Positions 52,346 to 64,000 of a stretch of 64,000 nucleotides of DNA are shown in pieces. The notes beneath the pieces were generated by a model. That model had not been told where the DNA came from. It worked only from the letters and a program-made list of their open reading frames with translations, and searched no databases. The stretch's first letter is position 1, and the number at the start of each line of letters is the position of its first letter. The stretch is taken from positions 11,162,001 to 11,226,000 of the forward strand of contig CM075992.1 of the NCBI GenBank assembly GCA_038087875.1, read 5' to 3'. The position numbers and the translations under genes were made by a program. This DNA is from Malacoraja senta. Taxonomy: Eukaryota.

Positions 52346-55300
52346 CTGGAGTAACTCAGCGGGTCAGGCAGCATCTCTGGAGAGAAGGAATAGGTGACGT
52401 TTTGGGTTGAGACCCTTCCTAGGACCCTCCATAGATCCGGTCTGACCTGCTGAGTTCCCCAGCACTTTATGTTTTGCTCTTTAAAATAAATCCGTGGTCT
52501 GCTGAAGAAACAACACGTAGACCACTCTGGAAGTGCCAGTTTTGCTGTATACTTCATACTCTAGAACATATCATAATACTCCCAGAGTGATTTAATGGGG
52601 TTAGATTTTTTTTAAATCTGTTGTCTAGAATTAATCGAAACCCACGCTATGAACCTTATATCAGATTTAAATCGGAATTACGATTTTTTTGTTTTCCTTT
52701 TTGTCAATTTTTTTGCCCGATTAATGGTGGCCAATCAACCACTGTCTTTAAGGAGGTTGCGTCCAATCACCAATGAGCTTCCCTTAAAACCTTCCCGTCC
52801 AATCAACAAATTGTCCTCCTCCTGTCCAAACAGCCGCTGTCTCCAAGGGCATTACTTTTTCTATTATCAGGCCCCAATAAGAAACTGCATTTTGAGATTA
52901 ATTGTTTCAGTTACATCAGAATGGATGGGGAGAAAATTAAACCAATAGTTTTTCCAGCCTAAATCGGGAGTGGTGAATTTTATTGTGAGTGGTTTTATTT
53001 AGCAAAACAGTAGTGCAAGCGGAAATATTTTATTATATATCACCATCAAATTCTATTATATATCACTATCAAATATCTATAAATTTCAGATTTGTGTACC
53101 CCTGTGAAAATGAGCATACTGAGATACTTTAAAAGGCAGCGTCTTCAGATCGATGAAGAAATAAATGATAATGAAGACATTCAGCCAGAAAAGAAGGCAA
53201 AATTACTTGAAAATGATAATGGAACTAATGCAGCTGTTTCGCCTGATGCTGCAGGTGAAGACATTTCAAAGATATTGAAAAATGTGATCTTCCAGACTGT
53301 TGGACACAAGAAATGTACTTAAACAAAAAGAAAGAATATCCCTGGATAATTGTTAAAAACAGAAAACTAGGATGTACTGTATGTAGCAAGTGTGGTCATC
53401 TTGGACTTGAACGATCATAAGGAATTCATTTGTCTCGTGAGTGGTGCAGTGTTAAAATAGTAGGAGTGAGTGATGACAAAGCAAAACAGTTAATGAGTTT
53501 AAGAAAAATGATTGTTAAGCACAAAAATAGTGAAGCTCATACCAGATGATAAAAAACAATGAAAGCTGAAAAAAAAGCAATCGTAAATGTAGTGTATATG
53601 TCACTGAAAAAGGACGAAGCAAAAACAGGTCGAGTTTTTAGAACTGTTTTTAATATTGTACACAAAGGTAGGCCATACACAGATATGTCTTCTGATATTG
53701 AACTGCAAGAAAGAAAATGGCTACACTCTCGTAAGTCATGTGCAGATGTTTCTCACCACATAGGGAACCAGATGCGAAAGACAGTGGTGGAAAATATAAT
53801 TTCAAAACAATCTAAAATGTCTATTATGATTGATGAATTTACTACTATTAATGGGAAAACTGTTCTAGTAGCCTGCTTGAGAGCAGCAGTTGTTGAATCT
53901 TCCCAAACTATATCATTCTATTTTGACTTAGAACATATGAAACGGTGCAAATGCAAAATCTATATATGATGGGCTTCTAAGGTGCTTACAAAGAGGTGGT
54001 TTTTAAAAGAAAATGTGATATCACTTGTAACTGATGTTGCATCAGTAATGTTAGGACGAAATGCAGGGGTTACAAAACTATTTCTTGATGATTTCCCTAA
54101 TGCAACTGTTTGGCACTGTGCCAGTCACAGGTTTGAACTCAGTGGAGGTGATGCTATAAGTGAAGTTGCAGGTTTGAATCATTTTCTGATACTTTGTGAT
54201 AAATTGTATTCATAGAAACATAGAACATAGAAAATAGGTGCAGGAGGAGGCCATTCGGCCCTTCGAGCCAGCACCACCAACCATTGTGATCATGGCTGAT
54301 CGTCCCCTGATATTCCTTATATCATAGGTCTCCTAAAAATCAGGATGAGTTAACTGCATGCGTTGAGGCTCTTCACTGTCAACTGTTGAAAATTGGTCGT
54401 GTTTTCAGTGTGAGATGGGTTGCTTCGTCTTACCAAACTGTAAAGGCAATGTGGCCATCTTATGAAGCTATTTGGAAGCATTTTGGAAAAGCAAGCTGTG
54501 CTACTTCAAGATCTAGTGCAGAGAGAGCAAAGTACGAGGGGCTGAAAAAAGTATTAGAATCATCAGTTTTCGTAAATAATTTGGGCTTGTTGATGAACAG
54601 TTTGCTAGAGTCGTCTGAACTGTCACTTGAACTGCAGAACCGAAATTGTACACTTAGTAAAGCACATGAGGAAATTAAACAAACTATCAAGGTCCTTGAA
54701 TGTCAAATAGAGAAGACAGGAAAATATTATACTCAAGTGGAGAAAACAACAAGCCAGATGATATTTAACGGAATAAATTTGAGAGCTGGTAAAATACCTA
54801 CTATACATAGACAACAGTTTTTGAGGAGTTTGGTCAATAATAGGAAATACAGGCTGCTTGAATCTACAAAAGCTTCCAATGATAAATGTAAAAAGTTAAT
54901 TAACATAGAAACATAGAAAATAGGTGCAGGAGGAGGCCATTCGGCCATTCGAGCCAGCACCACCATTCATTGTGATCATAGCTGATCGTCCCTAATCAAT
55001 AACCCGTGCCTGCCTTCTCCCCATATCCCTTGATTCCACCAGCCCCCCGAGAGCTCTATCTAACTCTCTCTTAAATCCATCCAGTGATTTGGCCTCCACT
55101 GCACTCTGTGGCAGGGAATTCCACAAATTCACAACTCTCTGGGTGAAAACATTTGTTCTCACCTCAGTCTTAAATGGCCTCCCCTTTATTCTAAGACTGT
55201 GGCCCCTGGTTCTGGACTCACCCAACATAGGGAACATTTTTCCTGCATCTAGCTTGTCCAGTCCTTTTATAATGTTATATGTTTCTATAAGATCCCTCCT

Positions 55301-55693
55301 CATCCTTCCAAACTCCAATGAGTACAAGCCTAGTCTATTCAATCTTTCCTCATATGAGAGTCCCGCCATCCCAGGGATCAATCTCGTGAACCTACGCTGC
55401 ACTGCCTCAATCACAAGGATTAGGAGACCAAAACTGTACACAATACTCCAGATGTGGTCTTACAAGCGCCCTATAAAACTGCAGAAGAACCTCTCTACCC
55501 CACTTCCGGTGGCGCCATGTTGGACTAACAGACGTGCACCTAGCTCCTCTCCCGAAAAATTTCACGATTTATCGTGTAAAACGGGTCCAGAAATCGGGAT
55601 TGTTTTTAAAAACCTTACCGGAGCTTCTGGTCGCCGCGCTGATGACGTCATCATTAAGCGCGATGTTTTAAACGGTGGTTTGATGCCCTTTAA

Positions 55694-56843
55694 ATGAGTA
55701 AACTGTCACCAGCTGTGAGCCCTCAGAGAGCAGTGAAAAAGCTGCTGAGAGACCAGAAGAAGTCTGAAGCAGAAGTTACCTCTGAAGTCTCTGAAGTCTC
55801 TGAAGTGGCTGCAGAAATGGATACAAGATCTAAGAAAGAGTTTGATGACTTGAAGAAATCAGTGAAAAATATTAAAGATGAGATTTTGGACGAAAATAAA
55901 ATTATGATGGAAAATATGAAGGAAAATATGAAGGAAGATAAGAAGGAAATGAAGGAAAATATGAAGGAAGATAAGAAGGAAATGAAGGAAAATATGGCAA
56001 AAATGATGGAAGGAATGGAGAAGATGATGAGGGAATTAAATGCTGGTAACCAGAAGAATATGATTGATTCACTGGACATTATGAATAAACGAATTGATGA
56101 GGTGAAAGATGGACTATCAGAGAGAATGGACAAGATGGATGAAACTACTACGGATAAGTTCACGGCAGTGCTTGAAACAGTAGCTGCAAGTATGCGCACA
56201 ATTACGGAATTGGAGAAAAACACGGCTCGAATGGTTGAAGACATGGCGAAAATGAGGCAAGAACATGAGCAAATGAGGCGAGATAACGAACAAACTTCAC
56301 TACAGATGGTGACTCAACTGGAGAAAGTCTCAGTCAAATGCCTGGACCTGGAAGCTCGCTCTAGACGCCAGAATTTGAGAATTCTTGGAGTTTCAGAGGG
56401 AGCCGAAGGGGAGGATGTATGTGAGTTTGCCATGGGCTTGTTTAAACAACTGCTGAATCTTTCCAAAGAACCGAAAATCGAAGTGGCTCATCGTGTCCCA
56501 AGATTTAAACAAAGATCTGGTGCGGAATAAAACTTATCCACGACATATTATTGTGAAATTTCGGGACATTTTAGAACTGGAAGATGTTATGAGTAAAATC
56601 AAATACGGTGTGCAACTGCGGCTGGAAAATGACACTATTAAGATATTCAGGGACTACCCGTATGAAATTGTGCAAAAAAGAAACAAATTTGAGAAGGTTA
56701 AAGATCTTTTAAGAGGGAGAGAAGGGATCAGATATGGGATTTTTTATCCCGCGAAAATGCGTATTTCCTTTAAGGGTCTTGAAAAGTCATTTGTTAAACC
56801 TGAAGATGCGTTTAAATATGCCCAAACTATCATTGAAAAATAG
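55694..56843 (+). pseudogene. L1 ORF1, one frameshift
   Basis: Same motifs as copy A, with an expanded coiled coil. Confidence 0.92.
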
Positions 56844-57425
56844 AAAGGAAAGGGAGGTTTGGCAGATCTGAACCATTTTAAGCAATGCTTTGTCTGGGGA
56901 TAGTTACACTGTTATCTTTGGAATGTTGAATCAAGGACACTTTCTGTTCAAAACGAATAAACAACTGAACAGATGGGAATGGTATATACCAGAAAGCATA
57001 TAATTGCTTATTAGATTATAATATTATAACCAATTGTAAGAACTTATCCTATTAACAACTTAATAAGTTATGCATGTTAGATTAGAATACTAACAAAAAC
57101 AAAAATAAAAAATAACAAACTAACATACTAATATGAATTTTTAATAAACTGAAACCTTATCTATAAGTGGGAGGAGGGGATGAGAAACGAGCAACTGGCT
57201 TAGGTCCAGGGGCACGTCTCGTTAACCCCTTCAACCAACAGTTGATTCTTATTGAAGTCAAAAGTATCGGTTTAATAATTAGTAGTTAAAATTCCGATAT
57301 ATATATATGTTATAATGAAATATACAGGGTAAAATTGTATTATATATCTGAATGTGAGGCCCCGTTTTAATATTTTAATATGTTATGATTAACCAAGAGA
57401 GCGGAGCTATTTGTGTAACAACGCA

Positions 57426-57686
57426 ATGGAAGTCAAAACAAGGTTTTTTCCCACCTACAGGTGGGACACTCGCTACAGTGCCGACTATGTCAGACACTGT
57501 ATCTTCACTTTTTTAGTTTTTTTTTTATCACATAAAATCACTCGTTTGTGTTTTGTGTTTAGTGATAAGCGTAAAATGGACATACCAGCAAAACTTAAAA
57601 ACTCAAAAGCTCCACCAATACCTAAAGACCTGGGATATGGATGCACCACACGATTTAAAGGTACTATAATTATTCAAAATGCATGA
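57426..57686 (+). CDS. Putative small inter-ORF protein of L1 (86 aa), hypothetical
   Basis: ATG-initiated open frame whose stop overlaps the ORF2 start. The homolog at 31382-31644 has a 3-nt indel and a 1-nt frameshift. There is a synonymous bias in the 3' half. Confidence 0.4.
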   Translation: MEVKTRFFPTYRWDTRYSADYVRHCIFTFLVFFLSHKITRLCFVFSDKRKMDIPAKLKNSKAPPIPKDLGYGCTTRFKGTIIIQNA

Positions 57687-60600
57687 CACCACACAAAAGA
57701 ACCTAGGAGGAATCTCATTTTGTAGTTGGAATATAAGAGGTATTAACAAACCTATTAAAAGGGGTAAGATACTAGCTCAGCTGAAATTGTACAACTCCGA
57801 CATTACCTTCCTACAAGAAACACACCTAAAATCTCAGGATCAAGTTAGGTTGAGGGCGAAATGGATAGGTCAAACATACCATTCTTCATTTACTTCAAAA
57901 TCTAGAGGCACGTCAATCATCATAAGAAAAGGTATACCATTTAAAGCAAAGAATATCATAACAGATATAGAAGGGAGATACCTAATAGTTAATGGAGAAA
58001 TCCATGACACTCCACTTACTTTGGTAAATATATATGCCCCTAACTTTGATAACCCCCACTTTTTCAATAAAATTTTCAACATAATTGCAGAGTCAAACTA
58101 TCAAAATGTTATAATAGGAGGAGACTTTAACTGTGTTTTAGATCCGTACTTAGATAAATCAAGTCAAAAACAGAGAGGTAATATGAAATCGAAAACTGGG
58201 GAACTTCTCAATACCTATATAAACAACACTAATATAGCAGATGTTTGGAGAATTGTTAATCCAACTGGCAGGGAATACTCGTTTTACTCAATGGTACATA
58301 AGACATACTCACGTATAGACTACTTTCTGCTGGATACAAAATTAATCCCCCAAACATCTAATGCAATATACCACACAAACTCGATTTCAGACCATTCTCC
58401 ACTAACTTTCTTTTTAAAACTGGAAGGATTGTCTAAGAATAAATCGTTTTGGAGATTTAATTCTCAAATTCAAAAAGATCCACAAGCGAGTATATATTTA
58501 AAAGAACAAATGGAGGTCTTTTTTCAAATAAATGATACTCCAGATATATCGCCTACTGTACTATGGGAATCTTTTAAAGCATACATTAGGGGTATTATAA
58601 TTTCATATCAAGCTTTTCAAAATAAAAAGAATAAGAATGAACAAAGACAGTTAGAAGAACTTATTAGACAAATGGATATAGATAATGCTAAAGATCCATC
58701 AATAGATAAACATAATAAAATAATAATTTTGAAATTTAAATTAAATAAATTATTATCTGCCAAACTTATAAGACTTTTTCAAATTACAAAACAAGAGCAC
58801 TTTGAATTTGGGGATAAACCGCATAAACTTTTGGCTCGCCAGCTAAAAAAACGAGAAAAGGAACATACTATACCAAAGATCAAATCAGATAAAGGGGAAT
58901 TATTAACAACACCGAAGGATATTAATAATAGATTTGCGCAATTTTATGAGAATTTGTATACATCTAAAACGACAATTGATTCCAATAATATCACAAAGTT
59001 CTTGGATACCTGTAATCTTCCAAAGTTAGAGCTGAAGGAACAAGAGGAACTGGGTGCACAAATCTCAATTAAGGAATTAGAAGATACAATAAACTCACTA
59101 AAGAATGGAAAAACACCAGGCCCTGACGGATTTACTAATGAATTTTATAAAAGCTTTTATGATAAAATACCAAGATTACAAAAAATGTACCAATATGCTT
59201 TTAAAAAACGAATACTACCTGATACATTAGCGGAATCAACGATTACATTAATACCTAAGAAAAATAAAGACTTAGAAGAACCTGGTTCATATAGAGCTAT
59301 AGCATTGTTAAACACAGATCAAAAAATATTAGCGAAAACATTAGCTAGAAGATTAAGTAAATACATTAGTAAATTAATAAACCCAGATCAGACGCGGTTT
59401 ATCCCTAAGAGATACTCATCTAACAATATGAGACGTCTACTCAACATAATGCACTCACACAAATCTGAAGATCAAGAATTATCAATTATTTCGCTGGATG
59501 CTGAAAAAGCATTTGATCAAGTAGAATGGAATTATATGGACAAAGTATTACAAAAATTTCAACTGGGGGAGAATTTTATTCTATGGATCAAGATACTATA
59601 TAACAAACCTACAGCTAGAATACTAACTAATAACATATTATCCTCGAAATTCCAACTATCAAGGATGCTCATTATCACCACAGCTGTTTGCTCTCATTAT
59701 TGAACTGCTAGCAGAAAAAATTAGAATACACCCTGATATCCATGGATATAATACTAAAGATTCATATAATAAAATATCTTTATACGCGGATGATATATTA
59801 CTGTACATTACAAAACCTCAAATCACTATACCAAATATATTAAATTTAATTGAAGACTTTGGATCTTTTTCTGGATATAGAATAAATTGGAATAAAAGTG
59901 AAATTATGTCAATAAAACCGAAAGAGTCAACACATCTTTTAAAATTCCCTTTTAAAATAGCTACAGAAAAATTTAAATATTTGGGAATCGAAATTACCAG
60001 ACCATATCAAGGTATGTTTAGGGCAAATTTTGACCCCCTACTTAATAAATTAAACACACTAATTAAATTCTGGAAAACGCTCCCGATGTCTTTAATAGGC
60101 CGAATAAACGCAATAAAAATGATCTTTTTACCACAAATTTTATACCTATTTCAATCAATTCCTATATACTTACCAAAGAAGTTTAAAAAAAAACTCGACT
60201 CAGATATCACTAATTTTATATGGGACTATAAATCACATAGAATACAAAAAACTCATCTGAATAAACCTAAAGTATTAGGGGGTTTAGCACTACCTAATTT
60301 TATGTATTATTATTGGTCAGTAAATATTAAAAATATGATTCAACTGATGGATAACTCCGCCCAGCAAGTGGACTGGATTGTAATGGAGAAAGAGGATTGC
60401 TCCTCTAGAAACATTGGAGCGATCCTCCTTTCTCCAATGAAATTGAATAACATAAATTATAATAAGAACCCAATTATTCATAGTACAATCCGAATTTGGA
60501 AACAAATAAAACAAAATTTAAAATTACGAAATTTATCACTTTTATTACCCATAGTCAATAACCCTTCGTTTAATCCTTCTATTATAGATAATGCTTATAC

Positions 60601-61453
60601 ACAATGGGATAGACTAGGAATTAAAACGCTTGGTGACTTGTATGAAACTGGAAAATTACTTTCATTTCAACAATTACAAATAAAATATAAACTCGGAAAT
60701 AATCAATATTTTAAATAATTTCATATATGCGGCTATTTGAAAAAATATACAAAAGATCATTATAATAACCCAGTAGATGTATTGGACGAGGCAATGCAGA
60801 TAAAAGCGGAATCAGCAAACTTAATATCATATTTGTATAATATTATCTTAAATGTACAAATACCATCTACGGAGGGTATCAGAAGAGACTGGGAACAAGA
60901 GTTAGCTATTAAAATTTCAAAGGAAATTTGGAATGAATACTTATTAAACGTGCATAAATGCTCGATTAATGTAAGACACACTTTAATACAATTTAAAATT
61001 TTACATAGATTATATTATTCGAAAACTAAAATTCATAAAATTTTCCCAAATGTATCATCTATTTGTGATAAATGTCAATCCCAAGAAGCTACTATAGCGC
61101 ACTCATTCGTTTTCTGTACAAAAATTCAAAAATTTTGGAATGAAATTTTTGAAATCTTTACAAAGTTATTTAAAACAAGACTGATACCCAAAGCAGAATG
61201 GATTATCTTCGGTATAACGGAAGATGGTCCAGAACTAAATGTGTTTCAAAAGAAACTAATGGACTATGGGTTAATAACTGGAAAAAAGCTAATTCTAAAA
61301 TTTTGGAAGAAGGCTCCAATACCAACTATAAATATGTGGATTTCAAATATGTTTGAAACATTACACCTAGAAGAGATAAGACTCCTCCTAGCAGGTAAAC
61401 CAGATCACTTCCACCTGACGTGGTCTGCATTTATAGAATTATTACAAACATAG
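57679..61453 (+). pseudogene. L1 ORF2, few disablements
   Basis: 674-aa open EN-RT N-part, a small deletion in the QG motif, then YADD and C-terminal CDKC..HSFVFC. Confidence 0.95.
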
Positions 61454-62302
61454 GGTGCAAAAGTACTTTAAAAAATAAAATTGAGGTCAGGTAAAGGGGG
61501 ATGATAGTTGAAGAGTTGGTATGTCCCATTTACGTAATGCTCATAAAAATATTTGTTTCTCTCTTTTTCCTCTTTCTCTTTCTCTCTTAGTGTCTATTTC
61601 TTAACTCTTTTTCTTTTGTTTTTAATTTTGCTCTTATAGGGTCTTCGTCCTTTTTTGTTGTCACATTTCCTACACTTTCACATTTTCCTTCACTTTCTTC
61701 TTTCTTTCAATCTTTTCCTTTTCTAGTGTAAAAAATAAATGGAGTACATTAATTGTAAGAAGATATAAATGACGAGTACTAATGTATGTGGTTGTAATGT
61801 AATGTACTTCTAATAAATAAAAATAAAAAAATAAATAAAAAAAAAGAACCTCTCTACCCCTTAACTGAAATCCTCTTGTTTTGAAGTCCAAAATTCCATT
61901 AGCTTTCTTCACTGCCTGCTGTACCTGCACGCCAACTTTCAGTGACCAGTGTACAAGGACACCCAGGTCTCGCTGTACCTCCCCCTTACCTAACCTAACC
62001 GCCTTGAGGTAATAATCTGCCCCTTGTTGTTGCCACCAAAGTGGATAACCTCACATTTATCTATATTATGCTGCATCTGTCACGCATCTGCCCACTCACT
62101 CAAACTGTCCAGGTCACCCTGCAACCTCCTAACATCCTCTTCACAGTTCACACTGCCACCCAGCCAAAAACAAGTCAAAATATTTAGATATTAACAATAT
62201 TCCAGAAGATTCACTTTTAACCTTTGGGGATAATGATGTAGAAGAAATTGCAGAACAATTTGGCTTAAATGGTCTGCTTTGTATCAGGACCTTCAGAGAA
62301 TT

Positions 62303-62788
62303 GAACAAAGAGAAGCAGGAGAAAGCACTGATTGGCTCTAGCCCGAGTGGGAGGAGAGTTAGAAGTGAGTCAGAGGGGGAAAACAGTTTAAAACTGTGGA
62401 ATTTAGTTTGTAAATTGGTAAATTAGGCAATTTATCAGTCAATATAAGCAGGACGGCTCTTAGGGAGCAGCCTTGTGAATGAAGTGCCTTGTGAGGGAAG
62501 TGTCTTGTGAGGGAAGTGCGAGTCTTTGGCTCGAGAGTCTTCGGCGAGGAGGCTGAGGAGGCTACGCAAAACGCTGGAGAGGGAGAGACGAAAGAAGGAG
62601 ATGTCAAGCAAACTGATTCAGTGTGATGCTTGCAGTATGTGGGAGGTCATGGACACTGCTGGTGCCTCTGGCTGCTACAAATGTGAGAAGTGCATCCAGG
62701 TACAGCTCCTGAAGGACCATGTTGGGGAACTGGAGAAGCAAGTGGATGACCTCGGGTTCGTCCGAGAAACTGAGTCGTTCCTCGACAA
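62303..62788 (+). mobile_element. CR1 5' end (5' UTR plus ORF1 zinc finger/leucine zipper), 3'-truncated
   Basis: QCDACSMWE...YKCEKC..VQLL..HVGELEKQVDDL, a CR1 ORF1 N-terminal signature. Confidence 0.8.
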
Positions 62789-63135
62789 GCTTTCTTCACT
62801 GTCTGCTGTACCTGCATGCCAACTTTCAGTGACCAATGTTCAAGGACACCCAGGTCTCGCTGTACCTCCCCCTTACCTAACCTAACCGCCTTGAGATAAT
62901 AATCTGCCCACTTGTTATTGCCACCAAAGTGGATAACCTCACATTTATCTATATTATACTGCATCTGCCCACTCACTCAAACTGTCCAGGTCACCCTGCA
63001 ACCTCCTAACATCCTCTTCACAGTTCACACTGCCACCCAGCCAAAAACAAGTCAAATATTTAGATATTAACAATATTCCAGAAGATTCACTTTTAACCTT
63101 TGGGGATAATGATGTAGAAGAAATTGCAGAACAAT
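62789..63135. repeat. Third copy of the CR1/hAT junction segment
   Basis: Matches 61901-62258 and 46134-46490, including the CR1-hAT junction CCCAGC|CAAAAACAAG. Confidence 0.88.
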
Positions 63136-63139
63136 GTAG

Positions 63140-64000
63140 TCTTCTGCTAGTCTGCCTAGCCCTGGTTATCTCAGTGGCAGTTCCACTGATTCTTCCCCAT
63201 CCCTCTCCAACTATGGGACCACTTCTCTTCCACACCCACACCACTGCCCTCTCACCCCCCCACCCCCTGACCACCCACCACCCCCCCACCACACATCGCC
63301 TCGTCCCCATTACACCCACCTGCCTTCCTCCGGCCCCAACCCCCATCCCTGCCGGGTGTTCACCATCCCCCCCGACCTCCCCCTCTCCGACATCGAACGG
63401 TCTGTCCTCAGCAGAGGTCTTACCTTTGTCCCCCTCCGTCCCCATCTCAATGAGTTCCGTGCCCTCCATGACTTGGAACGCTTCTACCGTCGCCTCCGCC
63501 TCACAGCTCACTTCCATGGGAAGCAGTCCTCGCTCCCCACTGATGACCCCTTTTCCCGTCTCCAACGCACCCCATCCTCATGGAACCCCCCTCGCAGCCT
63601 TCCGGCTTTAGAACTCTTTATTAAAAACTGCCGCCGTGACATCCACCGCCTCAACTTCTCCACTCCCCTGTCTCACTCCAATCTCTCCCCCCTTGAACGC
63701 ACTGCCATCGACTCACTCCGCAACAACCTAGATTGGGTTATCAAACCCGCCGACAAGGGAGGTGCCGTGGTAGTCTGGCGCGTCGACCTCTACAAAGCTG
63801 AGGCCACGCGCCAACTCTCGGACACCTCTTCCTACTTACCCCTGGACCATGACCCCACTGACGAGCACCAGGCCACCATCTCCAGCACCATCACCAACTT
63901 CATCCACTCCCACGCCCTGCCCGAACGAGCCTCCAACCTCATCGTTCCCCAGCCCCGCACAGCCCGCTTTTACCTTCTCCCCAAAATCCACAAACCTGAC
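63140..64000 (+). mobile_element. Penelope-like element, RT N-terminal coding region (continues beyond window)
   Basis: Reading by eye gives LSRGLTFV.., F.RRLRL..HF, VIKPADKGGAVVV, RQLSD and FYLLPKIHKP. Confidence 0.9.

Larger units (their letters stand above)
55502..61843 (+). mobile_element. Full-length L1 (copy B), ~6.3 kb
   Basis: 17-bp TSD AAGAACCTCTCTACCCC (55485-55501 and 61844-61860), ORF1, spacer, ORF2 and poly-A. It is an independent insertion into a CR1. Confidence 0.97.
47190..62300. repeat. Segmental tandem duplication, copy B
   Basis: Collinear with copy A. The breakpoint is at AAAGTCTGTCAC (47191 versus 25917). Confidence 0.92.
50952..62300 (+). mobile_element. Decayed hAT DNA transposon, copy B (left TIR retained), with nested MITE, CR1 and L1
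   Basis: AGCATGTC (50944-50951) is followed by TIR CAGTGATGGAAATGGG. Transposase pieces at 53109-54903 include VRWVASS and resume at 62166-62300. Confidence 0.9.

Noticed and set aside
43922..54916. Domesticated KIAA1586/ZNF862 host gene
   Set aside because: TIRs and TSD are present and both copies carry many frameshifts and insertions, so this is a dead transposon.
55723..56244. Antisense hydrophobic ORF in L1 ORF1 (ORF0-like)
   Set aside because: It mirrors the purine-rich coiled-coil codons and is truncated in copy A.
29509..61843. The two full-length L1s as products of the segmental duplication
   Set aside because: They have different TSDs and host sites (DIRS versus CR1), so they are independent insertions.
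62954..63611. Pro/Ser-rich and Gly-rich ORFs
   Set aside because: They are alternative or antisense frames of the C-rich Penelope coding region.

Overview
This window is vertebrate nuclear DNA made almost entirely of nested transposable elements. The SINE, CR1 and Penelope families suggest a cartilaginous fish, probably a skate or ray (inference). No intact host gene was found. Contents: the 3' end of a Tx1-type LINE; a 5.1-kb non-autonomous Helitron carrying a THAP exon, a minisatellite and a truncated L1; many CR1 fragments; V-SINE/HE1-like SINEs; Penelope-like elements with inverted pLTRs and hammerhead-like cores; three PIF/Harbinger MITEs; two decayed full-length DIRS elements with ITRs and ICR; two full-length L1s with TSDs; and a decayed hAT transposon. 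The right 38 kb is a tandem segmental duplication (about 25.9-47.2 kb versus 47.2-62.3 kb, with a trace of a third copy). The most unusual signal is a third ~86-aa ORF in the long L1 inter-ORF spacer. It has a hydrophobic core, shows a synonymous bias between the two copies, and overlaps the ORF2 start (ATGCATGA). Coordinates were read by eye; those without TSD or TIR support are approximate.
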